NCBI GenBank assembly: GCA_950097015.1
Contig: CATNEN010000002.1
Coordinates: forward strand, 2,542,001 to 2,606,000
Length of the DNA: 64,000 nt
Source: Macrostomum hystrix
Lineage: Eukaryota; Animalia; Platyhelminthes
Direction: 5' to 3'
Shown: piece after piece, positions 24,190 to 36,500 of the stretch
Layout: every line of letters starts with the position of its first letter
Position numbering within the stretch: position 1 is the first letter of the stretch
The notes under the pieces: generated by a model
Told to the model about the DNA's origin: nothing
Database searches by the model: none
What the model saw: the letters and a program-made list of their open reading frames with translations, nothing else
Position numbers and translations under genes: made by a program

Positions 24190-27100
24190 GGTTATTTGCT
24201 GCTGGGGGGGGAATTAGTTCTTTGCTGCTGGGGGGAATTAGTTCTCTGCTGCTGGGGGGGGAATAAGTTCTCTGCTGCTGGGGGGAATTGGTTCTCTGCT
24301 GCTGGGGGGGAATTAGTTCTCTGCTGCTGGGGGGGAATTAGTTCTCTGCTGCTGGGCGGAATTAGTTCTCTGCTGCTGGGGGGGGAATTAGTTCTCTGCT
24401 GCTGGGGGGAATTGGTTCTCTGCTGCTGGGGGGAATTAGTTCTCTGCTGCTGGGGGGAATTGGTTCTCTGCTGCTGGGGGGGAATTAGTTCTCTGCTGCT
24501 GGGGGGGAATTAGTTCTCTGCTGCTGGGCGGAATTAGTTCTCTGCTGCTGGGGGGGGAATTAGTTCTCTGCTGCTGGGGGGAATTGGTTCTCTGCTGCTG
24601 GGGGGGAATTAGTTCTCTGCTGCTGGGGGGAATAAGTTCTCTGCTGCTGGGGGGGAATTAGTTCTCTGCTGCTGGGCGGAATTAGTTCTCTGCTGCTGGG
24701 GGGAATTAGTTCTCTGCTGCTGGGCGGAATTAGTTCTCTGCTGCTGGGGGGGAATTAGTTCTCTGCTGCTGGGGGGAATTGGTTCTCTGCTGCTGGGGGG
24801 GAATAAGTTCTCTGCTGCTGGGGGGAATAAGTTCTCTGCTGCTGGGGGGGAATTAGTTCTCTGCTGCTGGGGGGAATTAGTTCTCTGCTGCTGGGGGGAA
24901 TTTGTTCTCTGCTGCTGGGGGGAATTGGTTCTCTGCTGCTGGGGGGGAATTAGTTCTCTGCTGCTGGGGGGGAATTAGTTTTCTGCTGCTGGGCGGAATT
25001 AGTTCTCTGCTGCTGGGGGGGGAATTAGTTCTCTGCTGCTGGGGGGAATTGGTTCTCTGCTGCTGGGGGGGAATTAGTTCTCTGCTGCTGGGGGGAATAA
25101 GTTCTCTGCTGCTGGGGGGGAATTAGTTCTCTGCTGCTGGGCGGAATTAGTTCTCTGCTGCTGGGGGGAATTAGTTCTCTGCTGCTGGGGGGAATTGGTT
25201 CTCTGCTGCTGGGGAGGAATTAGTTCTCTGCTGCTGGGGGGGAATTAGTTCTCTGCTGCTGGGAGGAATAAGTTCTCTGCTGCTGGGGGGGAATTAGTTC
25301 TCTGCTGCTGGGCGGAATTAGTTCTCTGCTGCTCGGGGGGAATAAGTTCTCTGCTGCTGGGGGGAATTTGTTCTCTGCTGCTGGGCGGAATTAGTTCTCT
25401 GCTGCTGGGGGGAATTAGTTCTCTGCTGCTGGGGGGAATAAGTTCTCTGCTGCTGGGGGGGAATTAGTTCTCTGCTGCTGGGCGGAATTAGTTCTCTGCT
25501 GCTGGGGGGAATTAGTTCTCTGCTGCTGGGGGGAATTGGTTCTCTGCTGCTGGGGGGGAATTAGTTCTCTGCTGCTGGGGGGGAATTAGTTCTCTGCTGC
25601 TGGGGGGAATAAGTTCTCTGCTGCTGGGGGGGAATTAGTTCTCTGCTGCTGGGCGGAATTAGTTCTCTGCTGCTGGGGGGGAATAAGTTCTCTGCTGCTG
25701 GGGGGAATTTGTTCTCTGCTGCTGGGCGGAATTAGTTCTCTGCTGCTGGGGGGAATTGGTTCTCTGCTGCTGGGGGGAATTAGTTCTCTGCTGCTGGGGG
25801 GGAATAAGTTCTCTGCTACTGGGGGGAATAAGTTCTCTGCTGCTGGGGGGAATAAGTTCTCTGCTGCTGGGGGGGAATTAGTTCTTTGCTGCTCGGGGGG
25901 GGGAATTAGTTCTCTGCTGCTGGAGGGAAATAAGTTATTTGCTACTGAGGGGACATTAGTTCTCTGCTGCTGGGCGGAATTAGTTCTCTGCTGCTGGGGG
26001 GGAATAAGTTCTCTGCTGCTGGGGGGGAATTAGTTCTCTGCTGCTGGGCGGAATTAGTTCTCTGCTGCTGGGGGGAATTAGTTCTCTGCTGCTGGGGGGG
26101 GGAATAAGTTCTCTGCTGCTGGGGGGAAATTAGTTCTCTGCTGCTGGGGGGGAATTAGTTCTCTGCTGCTGGGCGGAATTAGTTCTCTGCTGCTGGGGGG
26201 AATTAGTTCTCTGCTGCTGGGGGGAATTAGTTCTCTGCTGCTGGGGGGAATTGGTTCTCTGCTGCTGGGGGGGAATTAGTTCTCTGCTGCTGGGCGGAAT
26301 TAGTTCTCTGCTGCTGGGGGGAATTGGTTCTCTGCTGCTGGGGGGAATTAGTTCTCTGCTGCTGGGGGGAATTTGTTCTCTGCTGCTGGGCGGAATTAGT
26401 TCTCTGCTGCTGGGGGGAATTGGTTCTCTGCTGCGGGGGGGGAATAAGTTCTCTGCTGCTGGGGGGGAATTAGTTCTCTGCTGCTGGGGGGAATAAGTTC
26501 TCTGCTGCTGGGGGGGGAATAAGTTCTCTGCTGCTGGGGGGAATTTGTTCTCTGCTGCTGGGCGGAATTAGTTCTCTGCTGCTGGGGGGAATTGGTTCTC
26601 TGCTGCTGGGGGGAATTAGTTCTCTGCTGCTGGGGGGGGGAATAAGTTCTCTGCTACTGGGGGGAATAAGTTCTCTGCTGCTGGGGGGAATTAGTTCTCT
26701 GCTGCTGGGGGGGAATTAGTTCTTTGCTGCTCGGGGGGGGGAATTAGTTCTCTGCTGCTGGAGGGAAATAAGTTATTTGCTACTGAGGGGACATTAGTTC
26801 TCTGCTGCTGGGCGGAATTAGTTCTCTGATGCTGGGGGGGAATAAGTTCTCTGCTGCTGGGGGGGAATTAGTTCTCTGCTGCTGGGCGGAATTAGTTCTC
26901 TGCTGCTGGGCGGAATTAGTTCTCTGCTGCTGGGGGGAATTAGTTCTCTGCTGCTGGGGGGGGGGAATAAGTTCTCTGCTGCTGTGGGGAAATTAGTTCT
27001 CTGCTGCTGGGGGGAATTAGTTCTCTGCTGCTGGGCGGAATTAGTTCTCTGCTGCTGGGGGGAATTAGTTCTCTGCTGCTGGGGGGAATTAGTTCTCTGC

Positions 27101-28600
27101 TGCTGGGGGGAATTGGTTCTCTGCTGCTGGGGGGGAATTAGTTCTCTGCTGCTGGGGGGGAATTAGTTCTCTGCTGCTGGGCGGAATTAGTTCTCTGCTG
27201 CTGGGGGGAATTTGTTCTCTGCTGCTGGGGGGAATTAGTTCTCTGCTGCTGGGGGGAATTGGTTCTCTGCTGCGGGGGGGGGAATTAGTTCTCTGCTGCT
27301 GGGGGGGAATTAGTTCTCTGCTGCTGGGCGGAATTAGTTCTCTGCTGCTGGGGGGGGAATTAGTTCTCTGCTGCTGGGGGGAATAAGTTCTCTGCTGCTG
27401 GGGGGGAATTAGTTCTCTGCTGCTGGGCGGAATTAGTTCTCTGCTGCTGGGGGGGAATAAGTTCTCTGCTGCTGGGGGGAATTTGTTCTCTGCTGCTGGG
27501 CGGAATTAGTTCTCTGCTGCTGGGGGGAATTGGTTCTCTGCTGCTGGGGGGAATTAGTTCTCTGCTGCTGGGGGGGGAATAAGTTCTCTGCTGCTGGGGG
27601 GAAATTAGTTCTCTGCTGCTGGGGGGGAATTAGTTCTCTGCTGCTGGGGGGGAATTAGTTCTTTGCTGCTCGGGGGGGAATTAGTTCTCTGCTGCTGGAG
27701 GGAAATAAGTTATTTGCTACTGAGGGGACATTAGTTCTCTGCTGCTGGGCGGAATTAGTTCTCTGCTGCTGGGGGGGAATAAGTTCTCTGCTGCTGGGGG
27801 GGAATTAGTTCTCTGCTGCTGGGCGGAATTAGTTCTCTGCTGCTGGGGGGGAATTAGTTCTCTGCTGCTGGGGGGAATAAGTTCTCTGCTGCTGGGGGGG
27901 AATTAGTTCTCTGCTGCTGGGCGGAATTAGTTCTCTGCTGCTGGGGGGGAATAAGTTCTCTGCTGCTGGGGGGAATTTGTTCTCTGCTGCTGGGCGGAAT
28001 TAGTTCTCTGCTGCTGGGGGGAATTGGTTCTCTGCTGCTGGGGGGAATTAGTTCTCTGCTGCTGGGGGGGGAATAAGTTCTCTGCTGCTGGGAGGAAATT
28101 AGTTCTCTGCTGCTGGGGGGGAATTAGTTCTCTGCTGCTGGGGGGGAATTAGTTCTTTGCTGCTCGGGGGGGAATTAGTTCTCTGCTGCTGGAGGGAAAT
28201 AAGTTATTTGCTACTGACGGGACATTAGTTCTCTGCTGCTGGGCGGAATTAGTTCTCTGCTGCTGGGGGGGGGAATAAGTTCTCTGCTGCTGGGGGGGAA
28301 TTAGTTCTCTGCTGCTGGGCGGAATTAGTTCTCTGCTGCTGGGGGGAATTAGTTCTCTGCTGCTGGGGGGAATTAGTTCTCTGCTGCTGGGGGGGGAATA
28401 AGTTCTCTGCTGCTGGGGGGAAATTAGTTCTCTGCTGCTGGGGGGGAATTAGTTCTCTGCTGCTGGGGGGGAATTAGTTCTTTGCTGCTCAGGGGGGAAT
28501 TAGTTCTCTGCTGCTGGAGGGAAATAAGTTATTTGCTACTGAGGGGACATTAGTTCTCTGCTGCTTGTGGGACATTGGTTTTTTACTGCTGAGGGGATAG
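24190..28600 (+). repeat. Minisatellite D, 24-26-bp unit AATTAGTTCTCTGCTGCTG(G)5-9
   Basis: About 175 copies. Marker GGAGGGAAATAAGTTATTTGCTACTGA recurs at ~25922, 26760, 27698, 28192 and 28517. Confidence 0.95.
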
Positions 28601-28644
28601 TATTCACATGTACCTCAGTAGCATTAAGCTGAGTTGTATCAAAC

Positions 28645-28840
28645 GTAAGTTACTTAGGTTATTTTTGCCCCAATGGGGCTCTTGGTGTACTGACCGGATG
28701 TCTCAGAATGTATTCAAGCTCAGACTGACTATTTTTGTATTTAGTGAGAATTCAAATTCTCTTTGATTCGCAATCACGTATATTCGCAAACAGGGAAATT
28801 ATTACTGACGAAATAGGTTTTCGTTTTTGTTTGCTTTCAG
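28645..28840 (+). other. Canonical-looking 196-nt spliceosomal intron inside the Helitron 3' tail
   Basis: AAC|GTAAGT donor, TACTGAC branch-like site at 28803-28809, then TTTTCGTTTTTGTTTGCTTTCAG|G acceptor. Confidence 0.5.
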
Positions 28841-28919
28841 GTGTGTTTTGTCCTTCTGCATTGCACAAGATTTTTTGTCTGACCAGTAGTGCTCCCCGAA
28901 GGGGGGCAAAACTTGCTAG

Positions 28920-29925
28920 TCTAATATACTAAAAATGAAAATCTTGTATGTTTGTATGTTTGCAATCGACTAGCTCCCGAACGGCTTAACCGATTTTCAC
29001 AATTCCTTCGCCAAAAGATCACAATTGGGCCGGAATCGGTACACGTAATTTTATTAAGCTTAATTTCATTGCCAAGGGGATTAAATATTCGAAAAACAGT
29101 TTTAAATAGGCTTTTCTAATGCATTCTTGTTTTCAGCTTGTGCACAGTGAGGCTCCAGTGCCAATTTTAATGATTGCATCAGCGCCAGTTTTGATAACGA
29201 ACTGATAAGAACTCCAGTGAGGCTACCCAGAGGGTAGCGAAGGCAGCTAGTCTAATATACTAAAAATGAAAATCTTGCTTGTTTGCAATCGACTAGCTCC
29301 CGAACGGCTTAACCGATTTTCACAATTCCTTCGCCAAAAGATCACAAATGGTCCCGAATCGGTACACGTAATTTTATTAAGCTTAATAACCATTGCCAAG
29401 GGGATTAAATATTCGAAAAACAGTTTTAAATAGGCTTTTCTAATGCATTCTTGTTTTCAGCTTGTGCACAGTGAGGCCTCCAGTGCCAATTTTAATGATT
29501 GCATCAGAGCCAGTTTTGATAACGCACGCGCGTACTGATAAGAACTCACAGGGAGGCTACCCAGAGGGTAGCGAAGGCAGCTAGTCTAATATACTAAAAA
29601 TGAAAATCTTGTATGTTTGTATGTTTGCAATCGACTAGCTCCCGAACGGCTTAACCGATTTTCACAATTCCTTCGCCAAAAGATCACAATTGGGCCGGAA
29701 TCGGTACACGTAATTTTATTAAGCTTAATTCCATTGCCAAGGGGATTAAATATTCGAAAAACTGTTTTAAATAGGCTTTTCTAATGCATTCTTGTTTACA
29801 GCTTGTGCACAGTGAGGCCTCCAGTGCCAATTTTAATGATTGCATCAGAGCCAGTTTTGATAACGCACGCGCGTACTGATAAGAACTCACAGGGAGGCTA
29901 CCCAGAGGGTAGCGAAGGCAGCTAG
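28920..29925 (+). mobile_element. Three short Helitron-like units (28920-29250, 29251-29584, 29585-29925)
   Basis: TC start, alpha hairpin + CTAG end. Confidence 0.88.
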
Positions 29926-30546
29926 TCTAATATACTAAAAATGAAAATCTTGCTTGCTTGCTTGCTTGTATGTTTGCAATCGACTAGCTCCCGAACGGCT
30001 CAACCGATTTTCGCAATTCCTTCGCCAAAAGATCACAAATGGGCCGGAATCGGTACACGTATTTTTATTAAGCTTAATTTCATTGCCAAGGGGATTAAAT
30101 ATTCGAAAAACTGTTTTAAATAGGCTTCTAATGCATTCTTGTTTTCAGCTTGTGCACAGTGAGGCTCCAGTGCCAATTTTAATGATTGCATCAGAGCCAG
30201 TTTTGTTAGGCGAGCGTACTGATAAGGAATTTCTCACCCAAATGTGCATAGCTGTGTCAACCCCACTGGCGAGATAATTACTGCCCAATGTGCACAGACT
30301 GAGCTGGCTTCTGTTATCTGTTCGGCACTGAGATATTTTTTTATTTTTATTTATTGAGTTTTATTCAAACTCATTTAGCAGATATAGCACATTTCAATTA
30401 TAGCAGATTCATTCATATTACAGCATACTCCAAAGGCAACAGCTGAGAACTGAATTGATTCAAGTGATCGGCCTTTCTTGGCAGCAAGTAGCATTTCTTG
30501 ATTATACTTGCTTACTTACTTGCTTACTTGCTTACTTACTTGCAAA

Positions 30547-33500
30547 AGCATTGATGGATATCTAGGCTTAGAATTAATATTAATAGATTCCTAGGCTCAG
30601 AATCGATCCATATCTAGGCTCAACATTCTTATAGATTTCTAGGCTCAACATTTTTATAGAGATCTAGGCACAGCATTGATAGTTATCTAGGCTCAAAATT
30701 TTTATAGACATCTAGGCTCAGCATTGATAGTTATCTAGGCTCAGCATTGATAGTTATCTAGGCTCAGCATTGATAGTTAACTAGGCCCAGCATTGATAGT
30801 TATCTAGGCACAGGATTGATAGTTATCTAGGCTCAACATTTTTATAGATAACTAGGCTCAGCATTGATAGTTATCTAGGCTCAACATTCTTATAGATTTC
30901 TAGGCTCAACATTTTTATAGAGATCTAGGCACAGCATTGATAGTTATCTAGGCTCAACATTTTTATAGACATCTAGGCTCAGCATTGATAGTTATCTAGG
31001 CTCAGCATTGATAGTTATCTAGGCTCAGCATTGATAGTTAACTAGGCCCAGCATTGATAGTTATCTAGGCACAGGATTGATAGTTATCTAGGCTCAACAT
31101 TTTTATAGATAACTAGGCTCAGCATTGATAGTTATCTAGGCTCAACATTTTTATAGATAACTAGGCTCAGCATTGATAGTATCTAGGCTCAACATTTTTA
31201 TAGATAACTAGGCACAGCATTGATAGTTATCTAGGCACAGCATTGATAGTTATCTAGGCTCAGCATTGATAGTTACCTAGGCTCAGCATTGATAGTTACC
31301 TAGGCTTAGCATTGATAGTTACCTAGGCTCAGCATTGATAGTTACCCAGGCTCAGCATTGATAGTTACCTAGGCTTAGCATTGATAGTTACCTAGGCTCA
31401 ACATTGATAGATATCTAGGCTCAGCATTGATAGATATCTAGGCTCAGCATTGATAGTTATCTAGGCTCAACATTGATAGATATCTAGGCTCAGCATTGAT
31501 AGATATCCAAGCTCAGAATTGATAGGTTCCAAGGGTCAGAATCGATAGAAAACTAGGCTCAGCATTGATAGTTATCTAGGCTCAACATTTTTATAGATAA
31601 CTAGGCTCAGCATTGATAGTATCTAGGCTCAACATTTTTATAGATAACTAGGCACAGCATTGATAGTTATCTAGGCACAGCATTGATAGTTATCTAGGCT
31701 CAGCATTGATAGTTACCTAGGCTCAGCATTGATAGTTACCTAGGCTTAGCATTGATAGTTACCTAGGCTCAGCATTGATAGTTACCCAGGCTCAGCATTG
31801 ATAGTTACCTAGGCTTAGCATTGATAGTTACCTAGGCTCAACATTGATAGATATCTAGGCTCAGCATTGATAGATATCTAGGCTCAGCATTGATAGTTAT
31901 CTAGGCTCAACATTGATAGATATCTAGGCTCAGCATTGATAGATATCCAAGCTCAGAATTGATAGGTTCCAAGGGTCAGAATCGATAGAAAACTAGGCTC
32001 AGCATTGAAAGTTATCTAGGCTCAACATTTTTATAGATAACTAGGCTCAGCATTGATAGTATCTAGGCTCAACATTTTTATAGATAACTAGGCACAGCAT
32101 TGATAGTTATCTAGGCACAGCATTGATAGTTATCTAGGCTCAGCATTGATAGTTACCTAGGCTCAGCATTGATAGTTACCTAGGCTTAGCATTGATAGTT
32201 ACCTAGGCTCAGCATTGATAGTTACCTAGGCTCAGCATTGATAGTTACCTAGGCTTAGCATTGATAGTAACCTAGGCTCAGCATTGATAGTTACCTAGGC
32301 TCAGCATTGATAGTTACCTAGGCTCAGCATTGATAGTTACCTAGGCTGAGCATTGATAGTTATCTAGGCTTAGCATTGATAGTTACCTAGGCTCAGCATT
32401 GATAGTTACCTAGGCTCAGCATTGATAGTTACCTAGGCTCAGCATTGATAGTTACCTAGGCTCAGCATTGATAGTTACCTAGGCTCAGCATTGATAGCTA
32501 TCAAGGCTCAGCATTGATAGTTATCTAGGCTTAGGATTGATAGTTCTCTAGGCACAGCATTGATAGTTATCTAGGCTCAGCATTGATAGTTATCTAGGCT
32601 CAGCATTGATAGTTATCTAGGCTCAGCATTGATAATTATCAAGGCTCAGCATAGATAGTTTTCTAGGCTCAACATTCTTATAGATTTCTAGGCTCAACAT
32701 TTTTATAGAGATCTAGGCTCAACATTGATAGATATCTAGGCACAGCATCGATAGATATCCAAGCTCAGAATTTATATTTATCTAGGCTCAGCATTGATAG
32801 TTACCTAGGCTCAGCATTGATAGTTATCTAGGCTTAGCATTGATAGTTACCTAGGCTTAGCATTGATAGTTATCTAGGCTTAGGATTGATAGTTATCTAG
32901 GCTCAACATTTTTATAGATAACTAGGCTCAGCATTGATAGTTATCTAGGCTCAGCATTGATAGTTATCTAGGCTCAGCATTGATAGTTATCTAGGCCCAG
33001 CATTGATAGTTTTCTAGGCTCAGCATTGATAGTTATTTAGGCTCAGCAATGATAGTTATCTAGGCTCAGCATTGATAGTTATCTAGGCTCAACATTGATA
33101 GATATCTAGGCTCAACATTTTTATAGATAACTAGGCTCAGCATTGATAGTATCTAGGCTCAACATTTTTATAGATAACTAGGCACAGCATTGATAGTTAT
33201 CTAGGCACAGCATTGATAGTTATCTAGGCTCAGCATTGATAGTTACCTAGGCTCAGCATTGATAGTTACCTAGGCTTAGCATTGATAGTTACCTAGGCTC
33301 AGCATTGATAGTTACCCAGGCTCAGCATTGATAGTTACCTAGGCTTAGCATTGATAGTTACCTAGGCTCAACATTGATAGATATCTAGGCTCAGCATTGA
33401 TAGATATCTAGGCTCAGCATTGATAGTTATCTAGGCTCAACATTGATAGATATCTAGGCTCAGCATTGATAGATATCCAAGCTCAGAATTGATAGGTTCC

Positions 33501-36500
33501 AAGGGTCAGAATCGATAGAAAACTAGGCTCAGCATTGATAGTTATCTAGGCTCAACATTTTTATAGATAACTAGGCTCAGCATTGATAGTATCTAGGCTC
33601 AACATTTTTATAGATAACTAGGCACAGCATTGATAGTTATCTAGGCACAGCATTGATAGTTATCTAGGCTCAGCATTGATAGTTACCTAGGCTCAGCATT
33701 GATAGTTACCTAGGCTTAGCATTGATAGTTACCTAGGCTCAGCATTGATAGTTACCCAGGCTCAGCATTGATAGTTACCTAGGCTTAGCATTGATAGTTA
33801 CCTAGGCTCAACATTGATAGATATCTAGGCTCAGCATTGATAGATATCTAGGCTCAGCATTGATAGTTATCTAGGCTCAACATTGATAGATATCTAGGCT
33901 CAGCATTGATAGATATCCAAGCTCAGAATTGATAGGTTCCAAGGGTCAGAATCGATAGAAAACTAGGCTCAGCATTGAAAGTTATCTAGGCTCAACATTT
34001 TTATAGATAACTAGGCTCAGCATTGATAGTATCTAGGCTCAACATTTTTATAGATAACTAGGCACAGCATTGATAGTTATCTAGGCACAGCATTGATAGT
34101 TATCTAGGCTCAGCATTGATAGTTACCTAGGCTCAGCATTGATAGTTACCTAGGCTTAGCATTGATAGTTACCTAGGCTCAGCATTGATAGTTACCTAGG
34201 CTCAGCATTGATAGTTACCTAGGCTTAGCATTGATAGTAACCTAGGCTCAGCATTGATAGTTACCTAGGCTCAGCATTGATAGTTACCTAGGCTCAGCAT
34301 TGATAGTTACCTAGGCTGAGCATTGATAGTTATCTAGGCTTAGCATTGATAGTTACCTAGGCTCAGCATTGATAGTTACCTAGGCTCAGCATTGATAGTT
34401 ACCTAGGCTCAGCATTGATAGTTACCTAGGCTCAGCATTGATAGTTACCTAGGCTCAGCATTGATAGCTATCAAGGCTCAGCATTGATAGTTATCTAGGC
34501 TTAGGATTGATAGTTCTCTAGGCACAGCATTGATAGTTATCTAGGCTCAGCATTGATAGTTATCTAGGCTCAGCATTGATAGTTATCTAGGCTCAGCATT
34601 GATAATTATCAAGGCTCAGCATAGATAGTTTTCTAGGCTCAACATTCTTATAGATTTCTAGGCTCAACATTTTTATAGAGATCTAGGCTCAACATTGATA
34701 GATATCTAGGCACAGCATCGATAGATATCCAAGCTCAGAATTTATATTTATCTAGGCTCAGCATTGATAGTTACCTAGGCTCAGCATTGATAGTTATCTA
34801 GGCTTAGCATTGATAGTTACCTAGGCTTAGCATTGATAGTTATCTAGGCTTAGGATTGATAGTTATCTAGGCTCAACATTTTTATAGATAACTAGGCTCA
34901 GCATTGATAGTTATCTAGGCTCAGCATTGATAGTTATCTAGGCTCAGCATTGATAGTTATCTAGGCCCAGCATTGATAGTTTTCTAGGCTCAGCATTGAT
35001 AGTTATTTAGGCTCAGCAATGATAGTTATCTAGGCTCAGCATTGATAGTTATCTAGGCTCAACATTGATAGATATCTAGGCTCAACATTTTTATAGATAA
35101 CTAGGCTCAGCATTGATAGTATCTAGGCTCAACATTTTTATAGATAACTAGGCACAGCATTGATAGTTATCTAGGCACAGCATTGATAGTTATCTAGGCT
35201 CAGCATTGATAGTTACCTAGGCTCAGCATTGATAGTTACCTAGGCTTAGCATTGATAGTTACCTAGGCTCAGCATTGATAGTTACCCAGGCTCAGCATTG
35301 ATAGTTACCTAGGCTTAGCATTGATAGTTACCTAGGCTCAACATTAATAGATATCTAGGCTCAGCATTGATAGATATCTAGGCTCAGCATTGATAGTTAT
35401 CTAGGCTCAACATTGATAGATATCTAGGCTCAGCATTGATAGATATCCAAGCTCAGAATTGATAGGTTCCAAGGGTCAGAATCGATAGAAAACTAGGCTC
35501 AGCATTGATAGTTATCTAGGCTCAACATTTTTATAGATAACTAGGCTCAGCATTGATAGTATCTAGGCTCAACATTTTTATAGATAACTAGGCACAGCAT
35601 TGATAGTTATCTAGGCACAGCATTGATAGTTATCTAGGCTCAGCATTGATAGTTATCTAGGCTCAGCATTGATAGTTACCTAGGCTCAGCATTGATAGTT
35701 ACCTAGGTTTAGCATTGATAGTTACCTAGGCTCAGCATTGATAGTTACCTAGGCTTAGCATTGATAGTTACCTAGGCTCAGCATTGATAGTTACCTAGGC
35801 TCAGCATTGATAGTTACCTAGGCTCAGCATTGATAGTTACCTAGGCTGAGCATTGATAGTTATCTAGGCTTAGCATTGATAGTTACCTAGGCTCAGCATT
35901 GATAGTTACCTAGGCTCAGCATTGATAGTTACCTAGGCTTAGCATTGATAGTTACCTAGGCTCAGCATTGATAGTTATTTAGGCTCAGCAATGATAGTTA
36001 TCTAGGCTCAGCATTGATAGTTATCTAGGCTCAACATTGATAGATATCTAGGCTCAGCATTGATAGATATCCAAGCTCATAATTGAGAGGTTCCAAGGGT
36101 CAGAATCGATAGAAAACTAGGCTCAGCATTGATAGTTATCTAGGCTCAACATTTTTATAGATAACTAGGCTCAGCATTGATAGTATCTAGGCTCAACATT
36201 GATAGATATCTAGGCTCAGCATTGATAGATATCCAAGCTCATAATTGATAGGTTCCAAGGGTCAGAATCGATAGAAAACTAGGCTCAGCATTGATAGTTA
36301 TCTAGGCTCAACATTTTTATAGATAACTAGGCTCAGCATTGATAGTATCTAGGCTCAACATTTTTATAGTTATCTAGGCTCAGCATTGATAGATTTCCAA
36401 GCTCAGAATTGATAGAAAACTAGGCTCAGCATTGATAGTTATCTAGGCTCAACATTTTTATAGATAACTAGGCACAGCATTGATAGTTATCTAGGCTCAG

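Larger units (their letters stand above)
19859..28919 (+). mobile_element. Composite long unit: near-identical copy of the unit-1 5' part, fused via a fold-back to a satellite C / 21-bp / satellite D body, ending in 3' beta
   Basis: 19859-21353 matches 7501-8995 (offset 12358). It is followed by inverted and then forward satellite C, and ends with beta hairpin + CTAG at 28919. Confidence 0.8.

Noticed and set aside
24196-27166. ELVLCCWG / GISSLLLG repeat ORFs
   Set aside because: Translations of satellite D; the frame changes with G-run length.
11423-30277. MKILLACLLV... ORFs resembling signal peptides in the short units
   Set aside because: The hydrophobic start comes from the (CTTG)n microsatellite. 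Frame and length vary between copies with microsatellite length, so no coding constraint is evident.
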